34,284 nt of DNA from a virus (lineage: Duplodnaviria > Caudoviricetes): positions 1 through 34,284 of IMG/VR virus record IMGVR_UViG_3300031216_000035. One strand, given 5' to 3'. The notes below the pieces were generated by a model. It did not search any database and was not told the DNA's origin. It saw nothing but the letters and a program-made list of their open reading frames with translations. The translations under genes and the position numbers were made by a program. Of the stretch, positions 1-9,787 are shown piece by piece; position 1 is the stretch's first letter, and each line of letters starts with the position of its first letter.

Positions 1-170
1 AACGGCGTTCACCACTTGCGACAAGTTTGCCCCGGAATTTATGACACCATGTGAAAATGTCCGGTCAACTGTTGCGGAAAATGGTTGTGTGATTTTAATA
101 CCATTGACCGTGCTTTCATATCTGACGGCACTTGCGGAAAATTTCGTGGTCATTTTGTCGGCAACAAGAA
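1..170. repeat. Terminal direct repeat, copy 1 (circular-assembly overlap)
   Basis: 1-170 matches 34115-34284 except G127 vs A34241; implies a unit genome of 34114 bp. Confidence 0.97.
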
Positions 171-972
171 TGGTTGATTCCAATGTGCTTTCATTTTGAA
201 TGAATTTGGTATCATCACCCGTAATTGCAACCGTGGTTGCATTGGTATCTTTTGAACCAACAATTGTGAAAACCGGGTTTGCATTTATCATTACATAAGA
301 AAAATCGACGTATTTTTCACCAAGGTATGTTCCGCCATTGTATGTCTTTATTGTGATATTTCCACCACCGGTGTTTTGACTTGTGATAATGGCACCCATA
401 TCGGCTTTGTGGTCGTTCATATTTATCACCAAACTTGTGTGGACACCGGTTGCAATTGTTTTGACTAATGCACCAAACTTCAATTGAACAGTATGTGTGA
501 ACGAACCGGACGCCCTGTTCGTATACATTGTCACATTCTGATCTGAATTCAACGTGGTATCACTCAATGTTGGTTGTGACGCACGTGGAATGGTCGGCAA
601 TGTGAAATTGGTGAATCCTGCTCCCGAACCTTGCCCGGCAACCGCAACACATGACCCACCCATGTCGAACACTTTTGAACCATCGGCATTGTGATTCACC
701 CATGTTGAACCACTTGCCAACAACATGTCTTCAAAACGAATATTTCCGGTGTAATTATAAACACGCCCCGGATTATCCCAAACATATGACCCATTGACCG
801 CACAATCACCGTTGTCCAATTGGGAATCATTACCATCGAAATGCCAATATGCTTGCCATGCAATTTGTGAACGGTTGTTTGAAATTTCTTGATTTATCAA
901 TTGCCATTGGCAAAAATAAAATGCACCAAATTCAACGGCGTTTCCGTTAATTCTTCCGCTTGTTACTGCCAT
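1..972 (-). CDS. 5' part of DUF859-like tail fibre/baseplate protein (runs across the junction to 33041; ~681 aa in total)
   Basis: Not in the ORF track. ATG at 972 follows the stop of the upstream tail gene. Translates MAVTSGRING...HNADGSK...FTLPTIPRASQPTLS...NRASGSFTHTV, motifs typical of DUF859 siphovirus proteins. In frame with ORF 33041..34267 through the terminal repeat (972-153 = 273 codons). Confidence 0.85.
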   Translation of the reverse strand, partial: MAVTSGRINGNAVEFGAFYFCQWQLINQEISNNRSQIAWQAYWHFDGNDSQLDNGDCAVNGSYVWDNPGRVYNYTGNIRFEDMLLASGSTWVNHNADGSKVFDMGGSCVAVAGQGSGAGFTNFTLPTIPRASQPTLSDTTLNSDQNVTMYTNRASGSFTHTVQLKFGALVKTIATGVHTSLVINMNDHKADMGAIITSQNTGGGNITIKTYNGGTYLGEKYVDFSYVMINANPVFTIVGSKDTNATTVAITGDDTKFIQNESTLESTILVADKMTTKFSASAVRYESTVNGIKITQPFSATVDRTFSHGVINSGANLSQVVNAV

Positions 973-973
973 A

Positions 974-3208
974 TTATTCCCCTATTCCCACAAATGCCCA
1001 ACCCTCTTGGTTGGCGTTGTTCAATGGGACAATTTTAATTGGTTCCATTGTAATTTCATCTTCCGCTTGCAACTTCTTGACTTCGGTGACGTCTTTATTT
1101 AACGTGAACACTTTTGTTAATGTTCCGTTTATTATCGCATAACCGGCAAATTCGGTTGGTGAAATAACAGTGTAGTCACCAAGAAAAATGTTTGATTTTA
1201 TTGTGATACCCTTGGAATGAATATTCACTTGGGTGTTCATCACTTCACCGTTGGCTTGTTGCCAATTGGTTTGATATTCACCCATCACCAACATCATGTC
1301 CGTAATTTCAAATTCTGACGCACTATCCCCGTACACCTTGACGGTCAATGTGTTGTTCTTTGGTAGTATTGCCGGGTGTGCTATTTCTTCCCACAACTTT
1401 GATGTTCCCGGTGCAATTTCTGTTTTCCATTCGGTTATTCCATCGGTGATAATAACGGCAATATTACCAACGGTTTCTTTTTTGATTCGGCAAGAAAATG
1501 AATAATATATTTTGTCTTCTTCATCAATGGTACCGTTGTCTTGCACCACCGCAACAATCTGTTGGAATCCAATATCATCAAGCCGGGCAATGTGACCACT
1601 AATTGAACCATATGATACGGCTTCCGGGCTTGCTGAAAATATTGCGGAACCGGCACCGGTGTATTCCGTCCAAAACTCCGGTTCATTATCATTGTTATAC
1701 GCATAAAACGCACTATTTTTAATCAAGTTGGAACCGCCGGATTGTTGCACCGTGGATATAATGTTTGAAATATCTTGGTCAACACGGGTGAAATTTTCAT
1801 TCACATACCCATCAATTGTGTCCACCTGTTCAATAATACTTGCAATTTCTTGTTTCTGTTTATCAACTACAATTTCAGTATTCTTTAAATCATTCCTGAT
1901 TCCACTTGCATATGAATAGTTTGTTTCGGGTGTGGTTGGTTCTTCACTCCACAATGTTTCTTTAATTGAACCATCAACCGTTAATTTAACACCCATCACA
2001 CGAACTTCACGGGTAATGGCTTCATCATCTGTCACCAATAGTTTGTCACCAACTTCATACCAACCCAAACCAATTGTGTCGGCTTTAAATGGGTAAAATT
2101 CTGTTCCCTCAAAATAATCAAGCATGTCTTCCGCAATTTCATCACGGCGTTTGTCGATTAATTCGTTGTTTGCAATCTTTACTTCCGTCAAATCAAATTG
2201 AACAATGGAATGTGTCCCGGTACCGGTATTTGTGATGTCAATGGCACTTGTTCCGGCAATTGCGTCCGCTTTTGTGGTATGTAATGTGAATGTATCGGCT
2301 TCCGTGTCCGTATAAACGTAATATGACGTGTCTATGGCAAGCGGTGCCGGTAATGTGTCCGTTGTTGCTAGTTTTATCAATGCACCGTCTGTGAACCCGT
2401 GTGTGACGATTTCAAGCGTGTTTGCGGTTGCGTCAACGGTTGTTATTTCATACGTTGCCGGTTCCTGACTTCTCAAAAATATATTGTCTTCTTGAGGTTG
2501 ACGGGACAACACCAAACTATTCACCGAACCGTATTTGCTTTTAACGGTCAATTTTTTTAAATCTGAATAAGTAATTGTTTCAACAGTATTGGTTGGTGTC
2601 TTAACATTTCGCAATGATATTTCACCGTTTTCATCAATCATTGCAATATTTCCACCCAACACGGCAATGTCTTCAATCATTTTTCGATATTGGGTGCCGG
2701 ATATGTTTTCATAATAATCAATATCAATGTCCAAGTCTTCAAACGGTATTGTGCTTGTTTCAACATCAACGGTGGTTGTGTCGGCAATTTGTTCATATAA
2801 TCCACCAACAGTTGTTGGATATGCAAAAAACGAACTTGTATAATCAAGTGCCGTGTAAATCATACGGTCATACCCAATTAATTTGGTTGTTTCTTTTTCC
2901 TTGTTGATTTCGCATTGTGTAACCAAGAATTCACCAACTGTGATGTATTCATAAGATGTGGACGGCAATTTGACACCGAATTTGACCGTGATAACTTGTC
3001 CAACCAAGTTTCGGGTACCAAGATAATCGGCGGTCAATTGTCGCATGACACTGTTTCCAACCTTTTTGGCTTCACCTGTGACGGTGAAACGTATCAAATC
3101 ATCACCACTTGTGATTTCATCAACACCGGGGTCAATTATAAGTTTCCCGTCAATCTGTTTAACGGGTGCTTTCATTGCGTCTTTAAAATCGGTGCTTGGA
3201 CTTCGCAT
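974..3208 (-). CDS. Tail tip/baseplate hub (Tal-like) protein with a C-terminal carbohydrate-binding-like domain
   Basis: 744 aa, directly after TMP and Dit. Central coiled coil followed by GGSNLIKNSAF, a typical start of a CBM-like domain in phage tail proteins. Confidence 0.75.
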   Translation of the reverse strand: MRSPSTDFKDAMKAPVKQIDGKLIIDPGVDEITSGDDLIRFTVTGEAKKVGNSVMRQLTADYLGTRNLVGQVITVKFGVKLPSTSYEYITVGEFLVTQCEINKEKETTKLIGYDRMIYTALDYTSSFFAYPTTVGGLYEQIADTTTVDVETSTIPFEDLDIDIDYYENISGTQYRKMIEDIAVLGGNIAMIDENGEISLRNVKTPTNTVETITYSDLKKLTVKSKYGSVNSLVLSRQPQEDNIFLRSQEPATYEITTVDATANTLEIVTHGFTDGALIKLATTDTLPAPLAIDTSYYVYTDTEADTFTLHTTKADAIAGTSAIDITNTGTGTHSIVQFDLTEVKIANNELIDKRRDEIAEDMLDYFEGTEFYPFKADTIGLGWYEVGDKLLVTDDEAITREVRVMGVKLTVDGSIKETLWSEEPTTPETNYSYASGIRNDLKNTEIVVDKQKQEIASIIEQVDTIDGYVNENFTRVDQDISNIISTVQQSGGSNLIKNSAFYAYNNDNEPEFWTEYTGAGSAIFSASPEAVSYGSISGHIARLDDIGFQQIVAVVQDNGTIDEEDKIYYSFSCRIKKETVGNIAVIITDGITEWKTEIAPGTSKLWEEIAHPAILPKNNTLTVKVYGDSASEFEITDMMLVMGEYQTNWQQANGEVMNTQVNIHSKGITIKSNIFLGDYTVISPTEFAGYAIINGTLTKVFTLNKDVTEVKKLQAEDEITMEPIKIVPLNNANQEGWAFVGIGE

Positions 3209-3579
3209 TATTGTTTACTAACTGGTATTAAATTGACACTGAATTTGTCCCACAAACCCCGTTCTTTACTCAACATTTTTGGTGCGTAATCCCCGGCATA
3301 AAAGTTTGCCGTTCTTGTACCACCAACAAACGGGTCATAATATGTGACCGCAAAATATGAAACATCAAGTAATGCACAAATCGCTTGCAAGCGGTCTTGT
3401 GTTGTCACATTGATGTTCAACTGTATTTTCGGGAATATACCAACCAATGTGGCACGTACATCACCGTTCATGTTTCTGTCGGCGTCACGCCACAATTTTG
3501 CCCGGTTGATTTCGTATTCTGTCAACTCCGGTATTGCGGTTGCTTCGATGGTCAATAGTGTTCCGCTAAAAATTGCCAT
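3208..3579 (-). CDS. Distal tail (Dit-like, DUF6711-like) protein
   Basis: 123 aa directly after TMP with stop/start overlap; motifs DADRNMNG, VTYYDP, FYAGD, VNLI. Confidence 0.7.
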   Translation of the reverse strand: MAIFSGTLLTIEATAIPELTEYEINRAKLWRDADRNMNGDVRATLVGIFPKIQLNINVTTQDRLQAICALLDVSYFAVTYYDPFVGGTRTANFYAGDYAPKMLSKERGLWDKFSVNLIPVSKQ

Positions 3580-6062
3580 TATATAAATACCCCCTGATTT
3601 GTTCTAAACTCTTGATTTTTTATGCCCTCAATGACCTTTTCAATCACGGTGTCTTCACCAATGTTGACTGTGACGTGAACCGGTTGACCCGAACCACCCA
3701 TTGCACCATCAAGTTTGCTTGCAATCATATCAATCCACCCGGTGTTGTTTTCTAGTGGAACAACGGCTTCTTTACCGGCTTCACCAACAACGGCAAGCGT
3801 TGCCCCATCAATAACACCACCACGTGCCATTCTTGGAACACTCATTTCGGTTAATTTACCGATTGATACACCCGGCATTTTGTTCACCATGTTGATTGCA
3901 CCGTTAATCAAACGAATGAATCCGTTGATTTTGTTTTCGGCAAAACCAAGTAATGCGTTCACAACGGATTTGAATGCACCACCAATTGCGTCACCTATTG
4001 TTGAACCAACACTTGTGAACTTGTTTTTTATAGTTGTCCAAATATTACTGAAAAATCCGGTCACACCACTGAACACATTTTTTATGGATTGCCATAATCG
4101 TGACGCCGTTTCTTTGATTTTATCCCAATTTTTTGTAATTGCTAGAACGGCAAGTCCAAATGGGCCGGTAATTATTGCAAGAATTGTTCCGGCATTGGAT
4201 TTCAACCATTCCCATGCTTTACTAAATAATTCCTTGATTTTATCCCAATTTCTGATGACCGCAACAACCAATAATCCAAATGGGCCGGTCAATATTCCAA
4301 CCACCAAATCAACGTTTGATTTCAACCATTCCCACACCTTGCCAATGATTTCTTTTATCTTGTCAAATGTCTTCAATGCAAATTCTTTCACCGTGTCCCA
4401 ATTCTTAATCAGTAACACACCAACGGCAATGATTCCGGCAATTGCTAGAATTACCAATCCAATTGGACTTGTAACAAACAACATCACGGCACCAAATGCG
4501 GTACCAACGGCGGTTGCCACGGTAGTTATTATTGTCCATATACCCATCACGATGTTCACAAGTGCGAATGACGCAACCAATGCACCAACAACGGTACCAA
4601 GTATTTGCATTGCAACACTGTTGTTTCCAACGGCTTCAAAGAATCCAACAACGGCGTCAAAAACAAGCGTTCCAATTGGTTTTAATACGTTTTCAAACAC
4701 CTTTTTACCAATGTCAAACAACACTTCAAATACATCTGTGAAACCTTTGACGAATGGGGAATTGACGAATGATTTGAATGCTTTTTTGATTTTATCAAGT
4801 ATTTTTGCAACTTTATCTTTTGCACTTTCAACACCGTCCAATTTCGGTTCGGGAAATTCCATTGGAACACCACCGCCACCGGCACCACCTCCGGCACCTC
4901 CACCGGCACCGCCTGAACCACTTGTGTCTTCACTCAACACGGTCATTTCATCAAATCCGGCTAGTGCTTTTTTAAGTTCTTTAGCTTTTTTGCTTGCACC
5001 ACCGATTGCATTTCCGGCACCTGTTGCACCTCCGGCAACCTTGCCCATGCTTCCGGCGGTCTTTTCAACACTGTCATTCATGGATTTTGCGTCACCACCT
5101 CCACCACCGCCACCGAACAATCGTTGTACCCAACCCACGGCAAGCATTATGGCTTGAACAAATGCAACCACATATGGAATAACCGCACCGATTGCGTTTG
5201 ATATTGCATTGAAAAATCCGGCAATGTTAGCTTGCCCGATTGCGTCCATTATGCTTGCAAGTCCACGTTGGATTGCAATTTGAACGTTTACAATAGATGT
5301 TCCAATACCGCCCGTTGCGTTTCGTGCCTGTTCTTCAAACGAACCAAACCCATCAAGTCCGGTTTTGTTTAAATTAACAACTTCATCGGCAAGTTGTTGC
5401 ATTGATACTTCACCGCTTTGGATTGCGTCTTGTAATTTATAACCGTTTGAACCGGCACCAAGTAATGATTGTGATAATTGTGACAATTGACCCGGCATAA
5501 CCTCCATCAATATCTTCCAAGATTGCATGTCGGCTTTACCAGTGGCAAGCATTTGGTTAAATTGAACCATTCCACGGCTTGACGCTTCCGCACCTTGTCC
5601 ACCGGCTAGAAATGCGTTATTTAATGCCAATGCACGTTCGGTTGCACTTGCAAGTGTTGGTGATACCGTTGCAAGTTGTTGTGTGGCGGTAACCATTGCG
5701 TCAAGTGATGTTGGTAATCCAAGAAGACGGTCACCAAGTATTTTAACGGATTTTTCGGCGTCTTCTACTGAATAACCAAGTGATGACATAACCCGTGGGT
5801 AATTCTTGATTGTATCAAGTCTTTTAATGGCACCACCCATTGAATTTGATAATGCACGGAACGCACTTGTGACAACTTTTGTGATGATATTACCAAGTAA
5901 AACGGCACCGGCACCGGCTTTTGCAAATGATTTTGGTACTCTTTTCCCGGTTTCTTCGGCGGTCTTGGAAATCTTTTCAAGTTCACGTTTAACACCTGCC
6001 ATTTCTTTTTTGAATTGGGTGCTATTTGCCGTAACTAGTACTTGCATTTCATCAATTGTCAT
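3579..6062 (-). CDS. Tail tape measure protein
   Basis: 827 aa Ala/Gly-rich helical protein with an N-terminal tape-measure domain (QFNQMLATGKADMQSW), hydrophobic stretches, NWDKIKE/WEWLK repeats and C-terminal PRMARGG...VVGEAGKEAVVPL; follows the chaperone genes. Confidence 0.95.
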   Translation of the reverse strand: MTIDEMQVLVTANSTQFKKEMAGVKRELEKISKTAEETGKRVPKSFAKAGAGAVLLGNIITKVVTSAFRALSNSMGGAIKRLDTIKNYPRVMSSLGYSVEDAEKSVKILGDRLLGLPTSLDAMVTATQQLATVSPTLASATERALALNNAFLAGGQGAEASSRGMVQFNQMLATGKADMQSWKILMEVMPGQLSQLSQSLLGAGSNGYKLQDAIQSGEVSMQQLADEVVNLNKTGLDGFGSFEEQARNATGGIGTSIVNVQIAIQRGLASIMDAIGQANIAGFFNAISNAIGAVIPYVVAFVQAIMLAVGWVQRLFGGGGGGGDAKSMNDSVEKTAGSMGKVAGGATGAGNAIGGASKKAKELKKALAGFDEMTVLSEDTSGSGGAGGGAGGGAGGGGVPMEFPEPKLDGVESAKDKVAKILDKIKKAFKSFVNSPFVKGFTDVFEVLFDIGKKVFENVLKPIGTLVFDAVVGFFEAVGNNSVAMQILGTVVGALVASFALVNIVMGIWTIITTVATAVGTAFGAVMLFVTSPIGLVILAIAGIIAVGVLLIKNWDTVKEFALKTFDKIKEIIGKVWEWLKSNVDLVVGILTGPFGLLVVAVIRNWDKIKELFSKAWEWLKSNAGTILAIITGPFGLAVLAITKNWDKIKETASRLWQSIKNVFSGVTGFFSNIWTTIKNKFTSVGSTIGDAIGGAFKSVVNALLGFAENKINGFIRLINGAINMVNKMPGVSIGKLTEMSVPRMARGGVIDGATLAVVGEAGKEAVVPLENNTGWIDMIASKLDGAMGGSGQPVHVTVNIGEDTVIEKVIEGIKNQEFRTNQGVFI
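4095..4410 (-). repeat. Intragenic TMP repeat, 120-nt (40-aa) period
   Basis: GATTTCAACCATTCCCA at 4198 and 4318; CCAAATGGGCCGGT at 4156 and 4276; protein unit NWDKIKE..WEWLKSN..ITGPFGL. Confidence 0.9.
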
Positions 6063-6333
6063 TTATTATTCCCCCCATGCGAATGGTGTTGTGTCTTGCC
6101 CGTTTTTCCATCTGTTCGTCTGTCATCACTTCAACTTCTGGTTCCTGTGATAATCTTGGATTTTTCGGGTATTTGTTTGGTTCGTTTACTCCAATTGCTA
6201 TGTAACCACCTAATATGTGATTCAACAAATCGGATTGTCGTAACCTCTGTTTTTCAATTTTAATGTGTTCTTCACGGTATGACTTGTATATGGTCGGGGT
6301 CATTTCCCAAAACTGGTGTGCGGTGATTCCCAA
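6052..6333 (-). CDS. Tail assembly chaperone, frameshifted C-terminal part (gpT-like)
   Basis: LGIT...FWEMTP motif. The frame stays open upstream to the slippery site at 6459-6465, so it is probably made only as a ~229-aa fusion. Confidence 0.8.
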   Translation of the reverse strand: MGITAHQFWEMTPTIYKSYREEHIKIEKQRLRQSDLLNHILGGYIAIGVNEPNKYPKNPRLSQEPEVEVMTDEQMEKRARHNTIRMGGIINDN

Positions 6334-6353
6334 TAGAACAACCGCTTCCGGTT

Positions 6354-6740
6354 CTATTTCTTGCCACTGTTCTCCGAATCGGCGTCCAACTTGTCCATTG
6401 CTTTCGTGGTTTCCTTTTGGATTGATTCCCTCATCTTGTCCACCTCGATTTTTCGTGATAAAAAACCACTAGTTTGCAACGCTTCCATGATGTCCATCAA
6501 TAAATCTTCTTTATCGTGGTCTTTCAAATAGGTTTCAAGAATGGTATACGATTCTTCATTGTTCACACCCACTTTTTCAGTGTCTTCATCATAATGTGCT
6601 TTTTCAATAAAAAATGCCAAATTCCGAACCGATGTATTACCAAGTAATTCTTCAATCGAAACACCATATTGGCGTTCAATTTTATCAACTACCCGTGCGG
6701 TAAACTTTAGTTTTAAATTTGACGTTGGTACATTTGCCAT
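6354..6740 (-). CDS. Tail assembly chaperone (gpG-like)
   Basis: 128 aa between tail tube and TMP genes; contains the slippery heptamer. Confidence 0.85.
   Translation of the reverse strand: MANVPTSNLKLKFTARVVDKIERQYGVSIEELLGNTSVRNLAFFIEKAHYDEDTEKVGVNNEESYTILETYLKDHDKEDLLMDIMEALQTSGFLSRKIEVDKMRESIQKETTKAMDKLDADSENSGKK
6459..6465 (-). other. Programmed -1 frameshift slippery site T-TTT-TTA
   Basis: The chaperone frame reads GGT TTT TTA. The -1 frame has TAG just upstream and then stays open (FITKNRGG...EQWQEIEPEAVVLLGITAHQFWEMTP) to 6052. Confidence 0.85.
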
Positions 6741-6770
6741 GTCTTTTTCCCTCTTTTAAATTGTCATTGT

Positions 6771-6789
6771 GCCGGGCATTTCACCCGGC
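6771..6789 (-). other. Stem-loop after the tail tube gene (no U-tract)
   Basis: Minus strand GCCGGGTG-AAA-TGCCCGGC. Confidence 0.55.
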
Positions 6790-6806
6790 TAGTTTGTCAA
6801 ATGGTT

Positions 6807-7229
6807 TTAAGCACTTGCTGTATAAACAGGTTGTCCCGAAATACGAATTGTGCCGGTGAACCCTGCTAGTCCCTCAACATTCTTTTCCGTATCTTTGAAC
6901 ATCTTGACGAATCCATCAAATACCCATGTAGCACCGGACGGATATTCAACAGTCCATTCTTCAATGGCACGTGATTCCGCTAATGCAAGCATAGCTTCAA
7001 CATTAGATTCCACTTTTATGTTCCCGGATAGTGATACTTCACCACCATCTTTTGCACCGGCTATAAACTCTTTATAGTCGTTTGCACTATCCAAATCAGT
7101 TGTGTCGATTTCATCGGATTCAATACCAATTTCACCGATTGATGTTAGATTTGCAATTACCAAGTCGGCACCCTCGGCACCTGACATTGTTTTTGTCAAT
7201 GTAGTTCCCATTGTTCGTGTTGCACTCAT
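6807..7229 (-). CDS. Major tail tube protein
   Basis: 140 aa; IDTTDLDS..YKEFIAGAKDGGEVSLSG and terminal IRISGQP, typical of siphovirus tail tubes. Confidence 0.9.
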   Translation of the reverse strand: MSATRTMGTTLTKTMSGAEGADLVIANLTSIGEIGIESDEIDTTDLDSANDYKEFIAGAKDGGEVSLSGNIKVESNVEAMLALAESRAIEEWTVEYPSGATWVFDGFVKMFKDTEKNVEGLAGFTGTIRISGQPVYTASA

Positions 7230-7260
7230 GTTTTCTATTCTCCTTTATGCTTATAGTTTA

Positions 7261-7605
7261 TCACACATTAGCTTTTCGGAAACGGCTAGTAATGTGGTAA
7301 ATATCTTTTTGTGGGTTTGGTACTTCCCCGGAAAAATCCAAGTTGTAATCCAACGCCCTCATTTTTGCTTCTACTTCAACCAATAATTCGGTTGCACGCA
7401 CACTTTTGTCCGTCCAAATGTCAATCACAACTTCAAAATCCTGACTTGCAATATCATTGTCCAAGTCACGTTCTAAACTTATATTAACCACGGTGTACGT
7501 CAACGCCGGGAATGCGGTGAACACATTTTGGTTCACAACACCAACGCTTGCCACGTTTGAAATGGTTTTAAGTTGGTTGTAAACTGTTTGGTTTGGTGTT
7601 TCCAT
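7261..7605 (-). CDS. Tail completion/terminator protein
   Basis: 114 aa; FPALTY..., IDIW and gene position. Confidence 0.7.
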   Translation of the reverse strand: METPNQTVYNQLKTISNVASVGVVNQNVFTAFPALTYTVVNISLERDLDNDIASQDFEVVIDIWTDKSVRATELLVEVEAKMRALDYNLDFSGEVPNPQKDIYHITSRFRKANV

Positions 7606-7615
7606 TTTATCCCCT

Positions 7616-8095
7616 TTATGCTATTCCGGTTGAAATTAAGCGTTCATATTCCGTTTCAAGAATCTTCTTAATCGCTTTTTTATTCTCTGATATTGCCGGG
7701 TACATGAATGGTGTTGCAACCATTCCGTTCGTAAATACCACTTCACCCAAGTCATTTTCATAACCCCATGGTGTTTGGCGGTATGTTAGCGACAACCCTT
7801 TTACTTTATGTTTGTACGTCCCTTGACCTTTTGCACCTGTACCAAATTCGATATATGGTGCATATTCAAGATTCGTGTAAACCCTACCTTGTACAACTCC
7901 ACGTCCAATTGTTTTCACATTTTTCGTGATACTACCCATCAAAATGCCCTTGTCGTAACGGGCTTTCAATTTGGCGGTACCCTGAACCAATGCAACGGCT
8001 TTATTCACGCCCTTGGTCATGTCAACGTCAACCATACGGTCAACTTTAGAAATCAAATTGTTAATACCTTTTATCGTTATGCTTGGTTGTGCCAT
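7616..8095 (-). CDS. HK97 gp10-like neck protein
   Basis: EYAPYIEFGTG and PFMYPA motifs. Confidence 0.85.
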   Translation of the reverse strand: MAQPSITIKGINNLISKVDRMVDVDMTKGVNKAVALVQGTAKLKARYDKGILMGSITKNVKTIGRGVVQGRVYTNLEYAPYIEFGTGAKGQGTYKHKVKGLSLTYRQTPWGYENDLGEVVFTNGMVATPFMYPAISENKKAIKKILETEYERLISTGIA

Positions 8096-8427
8096 TTTTC
8101 ACCCACAATCATTTGATGACTATCGAACGCAACAACATCTGTTGTTTCGTATCGAACGCCATTATATTCAAATAATATACCGGTGGTAATCGTGACATCT
8201 GTTCCACATGTAACTATGATATTAATTTCGTGGTCAAGTCCGTATTCTTCTTGGACTTGTTTGAAATTCGATAGTTTGCAATTACCTTTGAATGTGCTTG
8301 TCACGGTGTCATGTGTTTTATTAACCGCACCATCAAGTTCGGTGGTTACGGTTTCACCAAGTATTGAAATAGTTTTATCATAAAACGTACTTGCAATTTT
8401 ACTTTTAAAGTTGGTCGGAAGTTCCAA
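8077..8427 (-). CDS. Head closure (stopper) protein
   Basis: 116-aa beta-rich protein between connector and gp10-like genes; EEYGL...YNGVRYE...DSH. Confidence 0.65.
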   Translation of the reverse strand: MELPTNFKSKIASTFYDKTISILGETVTTELDGAVNKTHDTVTSTFKGNCKLSNFKQVQEEYGLDHEINIIVTCGTDVTITTGILFEYNGVRYETTDVVAFDSHQMIVGEKWHNQA

Positions 8428-8815
8428 AATTCAACCTCCTATGTGGTTTTAAAACATTTTCGACACCGGTAAACAGTTCGTCATCGTTGACCGTTGCAAA
8501 ATAATTCTTTACCTTGCTTGAATATGATACCGATTGCCCATTGTCGGAAACTCTTGACACGGTTTGTGCCACGTCTGTTTCCGTTTTTGTGCCATTGTAT
8601 TTGTGGAACAAATTACCAATTGGTTTGGCTAGTGGTTTTTCAACCAATACCGGTACATCATCACGATTCAAATATAAACGAACACGGTCAAGAATTTCAG
8701 TGACGGAAAATGCCAATAATGCAACGTCATCTTCTGTATCACCAATACTTGTGTTCAACAATTTGGCATAAGTAGTTAGTCGCACAATCTGTTGGGCTTT
8801 TTCGGCGTCTGTCAT
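8405..8815 (-). CDS. Head-tail connector (SPP1 gp15/HK97 gp6-like)
   Basis: YLNRDDVP, VSRVSDNGQSVSY, LKPHRR; follows the capsid gene. Confidence 0.8.
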   Translation of the reverse strand: MTDAEKAQQIVRLTTYAKLLNTSIGDTEDDVALLAFSVTEILDRVRLYLNRDDVPVLVEKPLAKPIGNLFHKYNGTKTETDVAQTVSRVSDNGQSVSYSSKVKNYFATVNDDELFTGVENVLKPHRRLNFGTSDQL

Positions 8816-8844
8816 GTTCTTGTTCCTTGTTTAAGTTTCCATAT

Positions 8845-8885
8845 GCCGGGGATATTCTGTTTCTTATGTTTCAACTATCCCCGGC
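8845..8885 (-). other. 10-bp inverted repeat after the capsid gene (no U-tract)
   Basis: GCCGGGGATA (8845-8854) / TATCCCCGGC (8876-8885). Confidence 0.6.
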
Positions 8886-8912
8886 GTTTGCTTCTGTTAT
8901 CTAATCGTTAGA

Positions 8913-9758
8913 CTAGGCAACGTCTGCTAGTGTAGCTTTGAAAACCAAGTCTGGTGTCAATGCTTCGGTACCCTTGCTTGCAAACAACTCAATTGCGATG
9001 TCGTTTGATAGTGGGATTTTTTCGGCGTCATACTGGTCAACCACAACTGGTTGTGCAACTGAACCAACAATTGTACAAAGTGCGTTTGATGTCTGACGGA
9101 AATTGCTTTCAACCTGAACACCGTGCCACATGCCAATTGATTCTTCACCACCGTCAATTGTTGGACGTGTGATTGTATCAATTTGGTTTCGTAACTGACT
9201 GTATATAGCAGGTTTAAGTGCTAATGCAATCATCTCACGTGGAACACCGTCCACGTAATCGTTTTGGACTGTTTCAAGTTTGACAATAAGTCCCTCTAGT
9301 TTGTCAACAAGTGCGGTAACACCACTTGCACCGGCGTGTGCGGTTGCAACGGCTTCAAGTTCCGCAAAATACTCTGTGTCGAGGTAACCGGCAAGCATTT
9401 GTGCGTGGTTAGCTTTTCGGCGGTCAACAAGTGCCGGGACACCGTACATAAGTACGTCTTTTTTCGCAACTTCTTCAACGATTTCTTTGTCATCTGTGAT
9501 GTTGACAATAACCGGGTCGGCAACGATTGCGTCACCCGCACCGGCGGTTCGTGCTGTACCGTATGCGTTTATTGTTGCGTTTACGAATCTTTTGAATTCA
9601 ACTGAACCTGATAGTGGGTCACCACTAAATACAGTTGCTTTCATTCTTTCAGAAACCGCCGTTTTACGGACGTTTTCAATTACTTGTGCGTATGATTCTG
9701 CTAGTAACGCCTCATCGTCGTTGCTGTCAATTATACTTAATGCGTCTGTTCGTGCCAT
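8913..9758 (-). CDS. Major capsid protein
   Basis: 281 aa after the scaffold; SGDPLSGSVEFKRF, IGMWHGVQV, GTEALTPDL; GGAG RBS. Confidence 0.85.
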   Translation of the reverse strand: MARTDALSIIDSNDDEALLAESYAQVIENVRKTAVSERMKATVFSGDPLSGSVEFKRFVNATINAYGTARTAGAGDAIVADPVIVNITDDKEIVEEVAKKDVLMYGVPALVDRRKANHAQMLAGYLDTEYFAELEAVATAHAGASGVTALVDKLEGLIVKLETVQNDYVDGVPREMIALALKPAIYSQLRNQIDTITRPTIDGGEESIGMWHGVQVESNFRQTSNALCTIVGSVAQPVVVDQYDAEKIPLSNDIAIELFASKGTEALTPDLVFKATLADVA

Positions 9759-9787
9759 GATTTTTTAATCTCCATGCGTTAAATTAT

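Noticed and set aside
1-170. Repeat pair with an A/G difference in a tail fibre gene, superficially like a DGR template/variable repeat
   Set aside because: No reverse transcriptase; the copies sit exactly at the contig ends with one synonymous change, so this is an assembly overlap.
3715-5157. 480-aa plus-strand ORF
   Set aside because: Antisense shadow of the tape measure gene (its Pro runs mirror TMP Gly codons); no RBS or recognisable domain.
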